From contig CM022671.1 in assembly GCA_012295275.1 (NCBI GenBank), positions 22,072,001 to 22,136,000 on the forward strand: 64,000 nt of DNA, written 5' to 3'. This document shows, piece after piece, positions 50,787 to 64,000 of the stretch. Every line of letters begins with the position of its first letter. The stretch's first letter is position 1. The position numbers and the translations under genes are program-made. The notes below the pieces were generated by a model, which saw only the letters and a program-made list of their open reading frames with translations, searched no databases and had not been told where the DNA came from. The DNA comes from Chrysomallon squamiferum. Taxonomy: Eukaryota; Animalia; Mollusca.

Positions 50787-53700
50787 TCAATTACAAGGTA
50801 GATAATAAAATTACTATTTATTTGATATCTATTTATTATAATATGGCAGCCTGGAAAGCTGCTGCAGTCTGCTCATGCTGTGGACAGGGAATACAAGGTG
50901 ATGAAGGCTGTGTTACAACAAGGTGTTCCTGTTCCTAGAACTTTATCATTCTGTGGTGATGAAAGGTTTGTTGTTTTTCACCAGAAAAAATGTATCTTTA
51001 AAACGAATCTTTGTAATAGAGTTAGGATCTGTAGAACTTCAAATACAAATGCATAATTTTATGTGAACATTTATTAAAATTTAGAGTTACTGCAGGCCTA
51101 TTTTGATTATTCAAGAACAAAGAACCCAAAAATAAAACAGATTTCATAAATGTTTACTCTATTAAAATAATAACATTTCAATTTAAAAAAACCAAACACA
51201 CAACAACAATAAAAAATAATATTAAGAAGAAGAAACAAAAAAAAAAAAACACATAAAAAATTAATATATTTATTTCCTTCATTATTGTAAAAATTTTAAA
51301 CACTAATGTAAATAATTGCATTCAGATGCAGATAGTTTTTCTGTTATTTTCATTTTCATTTTTCTTTATTTTTTATTTTATTAAATTTTTATTTTCTGAT
51401 AATGAATTTCAGTGTGCTCGGAACTCCATTTTACATTATGGACTATGTTCCTGGCAGAATTTTCAAACAGTACTTGTTACCAGAGCTGGAACCTGCTGAG
51501 CGCACAGCAGTATTCAGAGCCATGATAGAGGTTCTGTGTAAAATTCACAAAGTTGACATTAATGAGGCAGAACTCTCTGATTTTGGAAAGCAAGGTATTT
51601 ATTTAGCATAAAAAATAGTGTAAGTGTCTTAATGAAAAATGGACATATATGCTAAACAGATTAAGTAAAATATTCAGGTTACATTAATTTTTGTTATCTT
51701 ATTAAAATAATAGTTAAAAATGGCTCACAGATTACATATAACTGGAAATAATGAAAATGAGTAAATATTAAAGAATTATAAAATTGATTGTTTCTTTGCT
51801 TGTTGGAGTTTCATGTTATTTATTACTTGTAAAAAATATTTTTAAGAAATTTAGATATTTTAGTGTAACTTTAAACAGTTTAATCAGCTGTTCAGCTACA
51901 AGAAAATTTCTTAAAATAATTAGCTGATTGGAAAAAACAGTTGAGAGATAATTAATTGATTAGTTACATTTGTTTTGGTGCCAAAATTAATTAGTTAGAA
52001 TGATTAATTTAGGTAACTATAATGAGAGAAATTTCAAGAGATGGGCCAAACAGTATGAGGCAAGCAAGACAAAAGAAATACCATCAATGAATAAACTGAT
52101 GGAATGGATTCCACAGCATCTTCCAACTAATGAGAGAGTGTCTGTGATTCATGGAGATTTCCGGTAAATTGTTACTGAAGAATGAAATGTTGTGAACAGT
52201 AATTCTATAAACAGAAAACATTAACATTTAATAGTGATAACACACTGAAGTGTTTACTTAATGCTTTGAACATGACTGGATAGATTTTGATAGTTAAAAA
52301 ATGTGTGTAGTATCTGTAGAGGAATTACTTTTAATGTTTCTAATTACAAAAATTTCTATTTATTTTTCTAAATGTGTTTTAAAATTAATTTATAAAATTC
52401 ATATTAATATTTAATATTCTCAAAAGATTTTTTTTTTTATTGTTTACTTTATAAATATATTTTTTTAAGATGTAAGAGTTCTAAATTATTTGACATACTG
52501 AATATCATTTTCACTGTTACTTTTTTGTTAAGGTTAGACAACTTGATACTGAATCCAAACAATTTGGAAGTTTTAGGTGTCATAGATTGGGAGTTGTCTA
52601 CCCTTGGCGATCCAATAAATGACCTCGTCACAGCATGCATTCCTTTCTACATCTCTCCAGATTTCCCTCTGTTTCCAGGTAAATGATTTAATTTAAAACC
52701 ATTATTTTAATAATTACTTTTTAATTATGAACAAGTGCATTAAAAAAATATAAATTTTCCATAAATAAGATTTCAAAACGATTCTTTAAGCACAATGTTG
52801 ATTAAATAATTAATAAAATAAACTGCCCAGTAAAATTGATTTAATAATGTGTATAATAATTTTCTGATTGTTCAGGTTTTGGAGATGTTGATTTCAAAGC
52901 TCTAGGAATACCAAGAGTTGAAGAGCTGAAAGCTCTGTACTGTGAACAGATGAACATCCCGCCAATTGACAACTGGGATTTCTACGTAGCTTTTGCCTTC
53001 TTCAGATTTGGGGCAATTTTACAAGGTGTCTACAAAAGGGCAGTTTCAGGTAAAATGTCAATGGTGATAGAGTTATAATAAAATGAATACAGAATTACAT
53101 TAAAGTTATATTTGAATTTTTAATGAACAAATTTAGACAGACGCAAATGCTAGAGATAAAAAAAATTGAACAAGTACAAAGAAGCACACTGTACAAATGG
53201 ATCTTCAAAGATGTGCATGCATGAAAATGTAAAAAATAAATGGTTGATTCCTAACTGACAATTCGTAAACGGTTGTTAATCAGGTAAATTAATTTTATTG
53301 TTATATCATTAGGTCAAGGATCTTCATCTCAGTCAGAAGCAGTGGGCAGGTTTGCTGAACAGATGGCTGACATCGGCTGGACTGTGGCATCGAAGAGCAA
53401 TCTGAAACCCACAGTGAGACCAACAGGAAGTGGCACCAACTTGGGAGGCCATGACCAACCACGGAGAAATTACTCAACAGGGACACAAACAGTGATGTCA
53501 TACACTGGTCAGCCATTTTCCCATGACAGGCATGATGTCAAAATAGGTAAAACAAACATTGCATAAATGGAGGACAGAATTAATGAAAACTTGTTTGATT
53601 ACTGAAAATGAATATTTTTATCTCGTCATAAGGCATGAAACTTGTATTTTTTTTTGTATAATTTTTAAAGAATCAAAATGGCGATTGAATAGGCTGTATT

Positions 53701-56700
53701 TATGAATCTTTTGGAGTTTGTGTTTGCAATTGGTGTTATTGTTTTATCTAGGGCAGATGCCAGTCACAGTGGAAGCACTGTCGCCCCACGTCCAAGAAAT
53801 GCATTTTCAGGTGAAAAAGATGATTCAGGAGGAGATAATTCCACTGGAGGCAGATTTCTTTAAACATCAAAGTTCTGATGATAATTGGCAGATTTCACCA
53901 AAGCTGGAAGACTTAAAGGTTTGTGAATACTTGCATTATGGGATAAAATAATTTTAAACCAAGTTGTGAACACATATTCACCATCCAAAATTATAATCTC
54001 AGATTTCTTCAGGTGTGTCTGTCCATACTGAAATATAATCTCAAGATTTAGTTCTTTTCTTGAATCATAATTACCAAGTATAATATCAGCTGCATATTTA
54101 ATTTTAAAATTTTTTACAAAACTTACTATCAAAAAAAAAAGAGGAAAAATGAAATATTTCTTTTTTTATATATTTATTTATTTAACTATATATCTGTTTC
54201 AGGCTTGAGTTGGTAGCATTCCTGAAATGAAATTTCACTGAATGAAAACACTGTCTAAAATCAAAAGATACTGAATATTGTAAATCATAAAATGTTGACA
54301 AGCACAAAAAATTAACAAATGTTACAGTGTTGTTCAAACAGCTATTTCATTATGCTTAATTTTTTTTAAAAGTTAGTGTTTCCAAATGCTTTATAAATGA
54401 ATGTCAATATATCATAAATAAAAAATTTCATGAATCTAAAACCCAAATACTTTTCTTTACACGACTCTTTAATTTCACAAATTTGCACATTGTTGCTCTG
54501 TGTAGTTAATTACATTCATATTCTCTGTATTTTGTTAGTGACTTGTTTTCAGAAAAAAGCTAAATCTCTGGGTTTGTGGAATTTGTTCCTTCCTCTGGAA
54601 TCAGACCCTGATAGAAAATACGGAGCTGGACTGACAAACATTGAGTATGCTTTCATTTGTGAAGAGATGGGCAAATGTCTGATTGCTCCAGAGGTTAGTA
54701 AAATCACTTCAGAATACTATTTTAATCACTAAATTTTATTCTTTGTATTATATATAGTAACAGTGGTACTTGTACTAATAAAAAGTCATATTCAGAAATT
54801 ATTTTTTGGTATAACTTAAAAAAGCAACAACAAAAAAACAACCCATAATAATAATGATAATAACTGCAACACCAGCAGCACCAGTAGAGGCAGTAGTAGT
54901 AGTATTAAAGCAATATTAATACTAGCTGTGGTACTAGTAGTTGTAGTAATACTGGGGCAGCAGTAGTAGTAATAATAAGAATAATAAAACAAATTTCAGA
55001 AAGGCAGTGGTAATAAATAATTAGTTTTATTTCCACTTGTAGGTGTTTAACTGTAGTGCACCAGATACAGGTAACATGGAAGTGCTGGTGAAATATGGTA
55101 ATGAAGAACAGAAAAAGAAATGGCTTCTGCCTCTTTTGGATGGACAGATTAGATCATGTTTTGGCATGACTGAACCACATGTGAGCTATATTTTTTATGT
55201 TATTATTTATAAAAAATTTCTTCATGGCTAATTATTAAATTTCATTTCTTCTGGAGAGATGTTTATTGGTATTTATTTGTTTGTTTGTGTCTGTCTGTCT
55301 TTATTTATGACAATGGGAACCAACAAATAATAAAGAACAAAATCCATGTTTGCTTTCCTTCTTTATTTTTATATTTTTAATTTGTAATTATTATTAATAC
55401 TTATTTTTTTATTGGTGTAAATGTATATCTGGTACAAGAATTTTTTTTTTTTTTTTGGTAAATATCTTATTAACAGATGTTTAAATTTTGTAATTATTAC
55501 AAATTTTATTTATAAACTGAATCAATTTTTTTATTTATATATTTTCTTTTCAACAGAAATAAATAAATCTTTTTTATTATTATTAATGTAAAAACAAGAA
55601 GTCTTCAGAAATTTTATATTTTATATTTTTTTATTTAACAAATTTTAGTGGATTGTTAAAATTATAATTAAAATTTTTATAATTATTTATTTTATATTCA
55701 GGTTGCTTCATCTGATGCCTCTAACATCCAGACATCAATACAGCGAGATGGTGACAGTTACATTATCAATGGTCATAAATGGTGGATTTCAGGTAGAGAA
55801 CTGAACATTTTTCCATTGTTAGCTGTAGCATAACAATAAATTACTAACCTTGACTCAAAGAAGATAAAATCACTTAAGCTAAATAACTGTTGAAGAACAT
55901 GCATAACCCAGTTTTTTAAACAATGGTGGATTATTTTTATTAATATTTGTCTCCTTTTTGTTTTTCTTCAATTTATGTGTGTGTGGGTGTGTGTGTGGCA
56001 GGGTGCATTTGAATGTGCAAGTATTTATATATGTAATATCAATGTAGTTTTAAATTTGGAGATAAGGAGAGGTTGAAAAAAAGACAAACAAATGAAAGAT
56101 ACTGAGACATAATTTTGGTTCAATTTATTCCCCTTTAAAGTATATTTTATTTTTCTTTCTTTTTTTTTTTTTTTTTTAAATATTCACATCAGTATTAGTA
56201 TTGTTAATAAATGAAATGGCATATATATCTTTTTTTTAAATATCTTAGGAGCCATGGATCCGAGGTGTAAACTGTGTATTTTGATGGGCAAAACAAAACT
56301 GATGGTGATAAATACAAACAACAAAGTATGATTCTTGTTCCTATGGACACACCAGGCGTCAAAATAATTAGACCTCTCACAGTGTTTGGTTATGATGACA
56401 GACCTAGTATGTACACGAAGTTTTAAAGAAATGATGCAGAATTACAATTGTTGTTGTATTGTTTCTCTTCAGACAACTACATATAGTAGTATTTGTATTA
56501 AATAAATAGAAAACTGAATTTGAATGATCTTACTGTCATAACGCATACATGTATTATGCAGCATAAAGCCTGAACTAATTTGTTTTATTAATAATAATGT
56601 ATTTAAAAAAAAAAATATATATTATCATTATTATTTTATTTTTTGATAAGAATAAAATATTATTTTATTTAGATGTGTTCAATAATAATAATAAATGAAT

Positions 56701-58391
56701 ATTATTGCCCATTGTCATTATTGTTCTGTTGTTTTGTTTTTGCAGGTGGTCATGCAGAGTTGCTGTTTGAAAATGTCAGAGTGCCCGTTTCTAACTTGTT
56801 GCTAGGAGAAGGTCGAGGTTTTGAGATTGCTCAAGGAAGATTGGGGCCTGGACGAATACACCACTGTATGAGACTGATTGGCTATGCCGAGAGAGCTCTG
56901 CAGTGCATGACAGACAGGGTGAGTGCATGCAATGATTACAGCAAATAATAATAACAAAATTAACTGAAAAAAATACATGTGTACATTACATGGTATAAAA
57001 TACAAATAATAATAACATTAACTGAAAAAAATACATGTGTACATTACATGGTATAAAATATGTACCGTGCCTTGTGTTACTATAGTGAGTGAAAAGGTCG
57101 TTATGCTACCAAGGTCGTTGTGTTTTGAAACCAAGTCTGGATTAGTGCCAACCAAAAAAAAAAAAAAAACAATGCCAACAATGTAAGACTTATAGAAAAT
57201 GATTTGAGAGCTGTATATGTTGATATTATATATATTTTTTAAATATTTTGCATACAACATTAAATATTAATAAATAAAATGAAGAACATGTCTAAAAAAT
57301 TAAAAATTAAAAATTAAAATTATATGTATTTTTTAATGTCTAATGGGGGTTTTTAAATTTTTTAGACACAATCACGTATTGCCTTTGGTAAGCCATTAGC
57401 AGCACAGGGTACAATACAGGCCGATACTGCACAGTCTCGAATTGAGATTGAACAAACAAGACTTCTGGTGCTAAAAGCAGCTTACATGATGGATCTATAC
57501 GGAAACAAGGTGAAATAAATTTATTAAAAAGCTTGGGGTGGGTTGTGAAGGTTTTTTTTTTTTTTTTTCTGTTATTTATAACTCATTTGGTTAATGATTG
57601 AAAAAAACAAACATTAAATATATGTACATATCAATATTTCTGGCATTTGATATCAGATGAGATATTTTAGATGTAGATGATTATTTTAGACTTCATATAA
57701 ATCAGTATCTGTATATACATGAGTGTGTGTCAATGTATATAGTCAGTGTGTGTGTACATGTGCACTGATATGCTGTGTATTGTGTATCTGTATGTAGCCT
57801 GTAATCACTCTAAATAGTGGCACGGTATGATGACTATATAACCTGCAAGATAAAGTTCAGATCTTAAGACAGTAACTAGATATTTCCAGTATATAGTGAA
57901 TGTATATGTCAGTAATTGTTTAATGTCATGCTTTTAGAATAAATAACATTTATTTTTACCATTTAAATAACCTTAGTGGTTTTAGGGTCTCCTTTTTACT
58001 TTTGTATTTTTCCAGGTGTTGTTTTCAAATAGATAATATTCATAGAACTTTTTATATGTATTAAAAAACTTGATTTATAGAACAGAAATGTCTTATTTAC
58101 TTACTCACAATTTCACAACAGTCTGTAATTTTATTTGTTTTGGTGTTTTTTTCTCTTCTTAATGGATTAGATTGCTGCTCCAGAAATAGCCATGATAAAA
58201 GTAGCTGCTCCAAATATGGCCCAGAGAGTTATAGACAGAGCCATACAGGTTACATTGTGGTTTTTTTTTGTTGTTTTTTTAAATTTTAAATAAGTTTAAT
58301 ATATAAAAAAAATTGTAACAATATTTTTCTTATTAAGTAATAGCAAATATTCAGATACAATTAGCATTGAACACGATCCTTTTTTGCAACA

Positions 58392-58423
<32 letters not shown>

Positions 58424-58839
58424 GCTTTTAAGTGTAGTTAGAATTTAAATACATATAGTAATTATAAATCCACAATAACTTTAGAATTTAAATACATATA
58501 GTAATTATAAATCCACAATAACTGTCTCAAAATTGAAATCATAATATATCCTAAATACAATTTAAAAATTAATTTTAAAAAAGTAATAAAAGATTTTGGT
58601 ATTGTTACAGCATGGCATTCACCTAATTATAGAAAAGAAAGGTGACAGTTTAATTATACATTTTTTTTTTTGGTTCTGATATTAAGGCTCATGGAGGTGC
58701 TGGCTTGAGTGATGATTTTCCTTTGGCTTCAATGTTTGCCTGGGCTCGAGTGCTCAGACTGGCAGACGGTCCTGATGAGGTTCACAAACGTACCATAGCA
58801 AGAATGGAATATGCCAAATCAACAATGTCAAAGCTTTAA
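47263..58839 (+). CDS. ACAD10: Acyl-CoA dehydrogenase family member 10 (HAD-like + APH-type kinase + ACAD domains), about 1,056 aa, 21 coding exons
   Basis: Exons: 47263-47431, 47857-48005, 48486-48677, 49251-49409, 49769-49928, 50237-50331, 50850-50965, 51413-51594, 52013-52163, 52533-52678, 52876-53049, 53313-53546, 53752-53918, 54553-54693, 55043-55180, 55702-55792, 56249-56406, 56746-56918, 57366-57509, 58171-58248, 58687-58839. Motifs: [26 protein letters not shown] (HAD); [33 protein letters not shown] (kinase); [53 protein letters not shown] (ACAD10/11). The N-terminal HAD domain distinguishes ACAD10 from ACAD11. One 1-nt frameshift at ~56295. Confidence 0.95.
56943..57060. repeat. ~58-bp tandem duplication in an ACAD10 intron
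   Basis: ttaactgaaaaaaatacatgtgtacattacatggtataaaata occurs twice. Confidence 0.8.
58438..58523. repeat. ~43-bp tandem duplication in the last ACAD10 intron
   Basis: ttagaatttaaatacatatagtaattataaatccacaataact occurs twice. Confidence 0.8.
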
Positions 58840-59610
58840 TTGTGTGCAGTGTTATTCTTGGCAGCTCATATTTAAAATTAATTGCATTCAAAAACTCTTT
58901 AACCAGTATTGCCTTAAAGTAAATGGACATAATCTAGACTTGACTTTAAAAGAAAATTATTAATTTTCAAGGATTTATATATATATATATATATATATAT
59001 AAACACATATGTATTTACAGGCATTGTTGAATTTCCCAGATAAATAATCTGCAGATTTTATCAAAATGGAAATTAAAATTAAAACAATTGAAACTTTAAC
59101 AAAATCATTTAGCAAATTATAGTGACAGTTTATGCAGTAATCATTCCTTGCTTCACACATATAGCAGTTTATCAATCATCATAATAATCAGAAATGTTTA
59201 TGATCATGGCATTTACCGACTCTATTTAATATAAATTGCAACCAAAGATCACTTCTTCATTTTCCTTGTAGCTTATATTTCTAATCCAGTGATGAAAATA
59301 TTACAGTGAGAACATCCAACAGTGATAATCATTATTCCTAACACTGTGGTATATACATCATACCAATCATTAATGCCTATCGGTGGTACATAAAATAACA
59401 TGGATCATGTCCTTGGAATGTTTGGTTTATGTTTTGTGTCAGATCCATTAATTAATATTTGGTGCATGATTAGATTTCTGCTTGCCGTTTGGGAATTTGT
59501 ATTTTATTCATCACAATATATACATGCAAACATACATAAATATGTAAATTATTGATACATAACTGGATGATTGAACAGAATTATATTATCTAAATATTTC
59601 TTTGCATTTG

Positions 59611-59616
59611 AATAAA
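59611..59616 (+). terminator. Candidate polyadenylation signal for ACAD10
   Basis: AATAAA about 770 nt after the stop codon, followed by T/GT-rich sequence; hexamers are common in this AT-rich DNA. Confidence 0.3.
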
Positions 59617-60053
59617 TCACTGTTTTAATTGACAAATCTGTGATAATGTTTTCTACCATTTATTGCTTTAAATTTGTTTACTGAAAAGTGATCTTAATTA
59701 TTAGTGGAAAAGTTTTATATAATTTTACATGATGTTTATAAATTTAATTATATTCTTATTTCTAAATATATTTTGTACATTCAAAGTGATTGTTACTAAC
59801 TGATCATTTCTAGTACCAGTAATGAAATAACAAATGTATGAGGATGCATTAAAGGTGATCATTTTCCGTTTTTATTCATATATTGTTATGTTATTTTGTA
59901 CATAAAAATGTATATATAAAAAAAAAAAAAAAAATAATAACAATAATAATTAACAAAAATAATAAAATAAATTGAGTAAGGTAAATTTACACTTAACACC
60001 AATGTTAATCTTTAGCAATTAAATTTCCATTATAATACGTATACTCTATTATT

Positions 60054-60096
<43 letters not shown>

Positions 60097-60807
60097 ACTG
60101 AACTACGCAGATATATGTAAATGACGTTTTTTTAAAATGATTTTATCTACTTAAAACTTTTTTTTTTTTTTTTTTTTTTTCAGTGAAATTTAAAATTTAA
60201 AAAAGATATACTGTATCAGTTAATGTGCGCATTTAGTATATCTAAATCATGTATTTACATTTCCATGGATATGGGTATCTGTTTGGATGTATTACTATTA
60301 CCCAAAACACTTTTTGGCCTTCGGATCATCACGTAGGTTATTTCATAGGACGAAAAATACGATACCCTTAATAACCCTTGAAAAAGCCAGCAAACTATAA
60401 ACGACTGGTTAGTGATTCAAAATGCAAATAAAATTGTATCTGGCTACGTAATCTGGTATGACTGGACATGAACCAAAAAGAATAACACCATGGATCACAA
60501 CTTCAACTTAAGCCGAGGCGTGCAATTTTTGGCACGTACACACAAACACAGTGATAAACATGACCTTGATTGACCTGAGATTTCTGCGCTTTGTTAATTC
60601 GTTACTTTAGGACAAATAATTGTATTAATTTACTAACTTTATTAATAACAATGCTACTGAAATGTTTACCTGTAATGAATGATTGTGCATTTTTGAACGA
60701 TTATGACATGTAAGGTACTTACATGGCAACGTACTGCACGTTCGTTTGTGAAAGACGATTTCTAACCAACACTTTATTTTCTTTTTAATTGATTTCACTG
60801 ACTTTAA

Positions 60808-60876
<69 letters not shown>

Positions 60877-60962
60877 TTAAATACATTAAACGTTAGAATT
60901 AAAGAATTAAACAAACTAAAGAATTAAGCTAAATGTTACAAATAAAAATTACATTATATTAT

Positions 60963-60995
<33 letters not shown>

Positions 60996-61126
60996 GTAGG
61001 TTAACTTTTATTCAAGATTTTTATTATTATTATTATTATTTATTTTTTTTTTGAAAGCGTCGATATTTAAATGGTTTATTGAACCAAATAATTAATAGAA
61101 ACACTTGACATACTTGTCCTCTTCAT

Positions 61127-61167
<41 letters not shown>

Positions 61168-63375
61168 AGACGAATACAAAATAAACAGACAAGTGTTTCG
61201 TTACAGTACAGTGACCTGCTGTAATAAAATATATTAGTGGGGATGCGTCAAAACGCCGTACTTTAATACAGACATAAATGTCAACGCAACTTAGCACTGC
61301 AGACTTCAGGGTTTCACGGTCAGTGGACATAAAAAACGAACAAAACAACGTGTATTACTGACTGGGTAATACGAGGCACTTGTTGAGTACTAACAAGTAG
61401 ATGTATACCCTTGTTATTTTGTAACAGGATGAAACAAAAAAAAAAAAAAAAAAAATAAATAAATAAATAAATAAACATACAAACAAACAAACAAAATAAA
61501 ATAAAATAAAAAATAAAAAATAAAATAAAACAAAGAAATAACCTGAATTAAGCTAAAATACAATTTTTTAATATCTATTACATGCATGTAATGACAATAA
61601 TAATAATAATTTTAAAAAATTGAAAGCTAAAAACAAATTGATCAATCAAAGTCTAGAGAAGAAGTAAGACAGTTTATTGACTGAAACCAAAATTTTGTTT
61701 GAAACAACAATTCTTTTTATTATTATTATTATACATCCCTCACTAGCATTTCTAGAAGGTTCTAGAATGTGTGTGCGTGTTTTACACATACACACGTATT
61801 TAAAGATTATTTTAATATTATCAGTCTCACTAATCTGCTTACATCGACAAGGTTTATCATGAAACAAGCGTGTTAATGACCTTGAACTGTGATCATCTCA
61901 CCTGAAATTGGTTACAATGTTTCAAGAGGATAAGATTAAAAAAATAAAAAGATTACCTTTCCCCACCCCCATCCTCATCAGCTGATTCAAGTACGTGTTC
62001 ACAAAGCATATACCTTCGTAATATCAGTAACCTTACTACTGATCTGAATATATGATAAATCAGTATCATAATCCAGAAGTCGGTAAAAAGATTAAGGAAA
62101 TGATAGGGTATATTGCTCATTAAAAAATTGTGATTAAAACGTTCTACGACCGTGCATGCGTGTGTTTTGTGTGTTTTTACATGTGTGAATTATTTATTGT
62201 TGTATATCGATATGTGTTTGAAAATGTTTGTGAATAAACCATCAATTTATATTAAATATATTTATGTTTTTGATTAGTATAAAGGCGCGTATTATTCTTT
62301 GATGTTCAGATACGTGAGTTATCCTATAGGCCTAGACAGGCAAAATTTCGTGTATTATATTTGATTATTAGATATAATTTTATGAAGCTAAATGGAATCA
62401 AACTGAACAAAAAAAAGAAAGAGAAAAAAAAAAAAAAAGAAAAAAAAGAAAAAGAGATCAATATTCTTCAACCCCCACAAGCATTTCTAGAATACTCTAG
62501 AATGTTTTTGAACACTACGAACAATTTGTTCGACAACTATTAAACATTAATATTTCGAGCTTTAATTTAAAAAAAAAAAAAAAAATAAATAAAATTAAAA
62601 AGTCTCTGCCATTTCAGTTTTTGCTTGCATAAATATACCGAAAACGTTATCATTCGGTTTCGTGATACAATATCAAATTATTTTATGTGAATGTAAATGT
62701 GATTCAGTTATTAGTTATCAATACACCACGAACAATATTATTTGTAATATTTGTTCATAATAATAATATTCAGAATTAGAGTTAGTACTTTTATGAGTTA
62801 GTGTTATGAGTCTTGAAATGTTTTTAGTGAACTTACATAATCTAAATAAATAAAACCAAAAAAAAATAGAAACATTCAAGAAAGAGAGAAGTAAACAACT
62901 ACATGTATACATGAAACTGTACATGACTCAACGTGGATTTGGAGAAGAAAACAGTTTTTTGTTTTCTACATACTACTATTTTGTGTGGAAGATAGAATTT
63001 CACCAGCACTTCCTTCGTGATATCATTGTTCGCTAACCCATGGCTGTAATATTTCATTTTACAAAAACAAAAAAAAACCGTCAACCGATACGAAACTGTG
63101 GTGCAAAATAACATGTAAACTCATACCATTTAGATACACATATAGAAAAAATAGATACATCAGTGAGTGAGAGAGAGAGAGAGAGAGAGCGTGTGTGTGT
63201 GTGCAATCGATACTTCGTGAAAAGTAACTCATAAAAAAGGTTTTTTTTATATATATAAACATTGCCACTGACTTATCTCGGTCTGTGATAAACTACTTTG
63301 TAGGAACAGAAAATAACAGGATTGTTTGTCCCGTCTTGGGCCAGCGTTCAGAAATTTAACTGAGATCAAATAAAT

Positions 63376-63377
<2 letters not shown>

Positions 63378-63456
<79 letters not shown>
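63378..63456. repeat. (GA)n microsatellite
   Basis: Direct inspection. Confidence 0.95.
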
Positions 63457-63459
<3 letters not shown>

Positions 63460-64000
63460 GAATAATAATACAAATAAGAAGAGCACTTAGAGAGTTAAAT
63501 AGAAAAATCTATCTCTACAAAGTTTTCGTGAGTCTATTGTGCAGCATAGCATCACTGATGTGAAACATAAAAAACGGATCGTGATGTTAAAGTTCAGTGT
63601 ACTATAAAATACTATTATTGTCAGTCACAATTCACTGACAGAGTACACAACAGTCTATAGTTTGTTCTACAAGTTTACAGTCTGATGCAATACTTTATTT
63701 CCACAAATCATTTAGAAAGTGGACTTTTACTGAAACCATATATATATATATATCTGAAAAGATGAAGAAAAACGAAATACAAGAAAAAAATATTTAAATT
63801 GTCATTTTGAATATCTTACATGCAAACATTTGGTTCAGAAATAAACAGAGAACAAGTAAGTAAAAATAATTGAAGATTCTTGTTCGCAGCTATATTATTT
63901 TATTACAGTACTTTGTTATTAGGAAAGGCTGGTCGCTAGTAATTATAAAAAGAAAACTTGTACATGGATACAAAATGTATATCGATCATTTATTTATATT

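Noticed and set aside
60290-60760. Higher-complexity segment possibly from a transposon
   Set aside because: No terminal repeats, target-site duplication or transposase/RT-like ORF could be identified by eye

Overview
AT-rich, microsatellite-dense, intron-rich eukaryotic (metazoan, probably invertebrate) DNA with three protein-coding loci. (1) The first coding exon of a membrane-anchored retinol-dehydrogenase-like SDR (minus strand, 8949-9165); the rest of the gene appears to lie beyond the left edge. (2) A complete CENP-E/kinesin-7 gene (minus strand, CDS 45143->16012, 56 coding exons traced by hand, about 2,350 aa) with a motor domain, a coiled-coil stalk built from duplicated 123/126-nt exons, and a C-terminal CKTQ CAAX box. 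(3) A complete ACAD10 gene (plus strand, 47263-58839, 21 coding exons, about 1,056 aa; HAD + APH-like kinase + acyl-CoA dehydrogenase) head-to-head with CENP-E. The most unusual signal is an array of about 18 tandem 14-aa TQT (LC8/DYNLL-type) motifs inserted into the CENP-E stalk. Other notable signals: a KNL1-like SILK + RVxF PP1-docking pair beside a degenerate RVTW site; a 384-bp tandem duplication of a whole intron that creates a candidate micro-exon; ACAD10 carrying both a mitochondrial-type presequence and a C-terminal SKL; a GC-AG intron; and paired DR1 nuclear-receptor sites upstream of the RDH-like gene. Three 1-nt frameshifts (two in CENP-E, one in ACAD10) look like assembly errors. 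All exon boundaries were read manually, and no database search was run.
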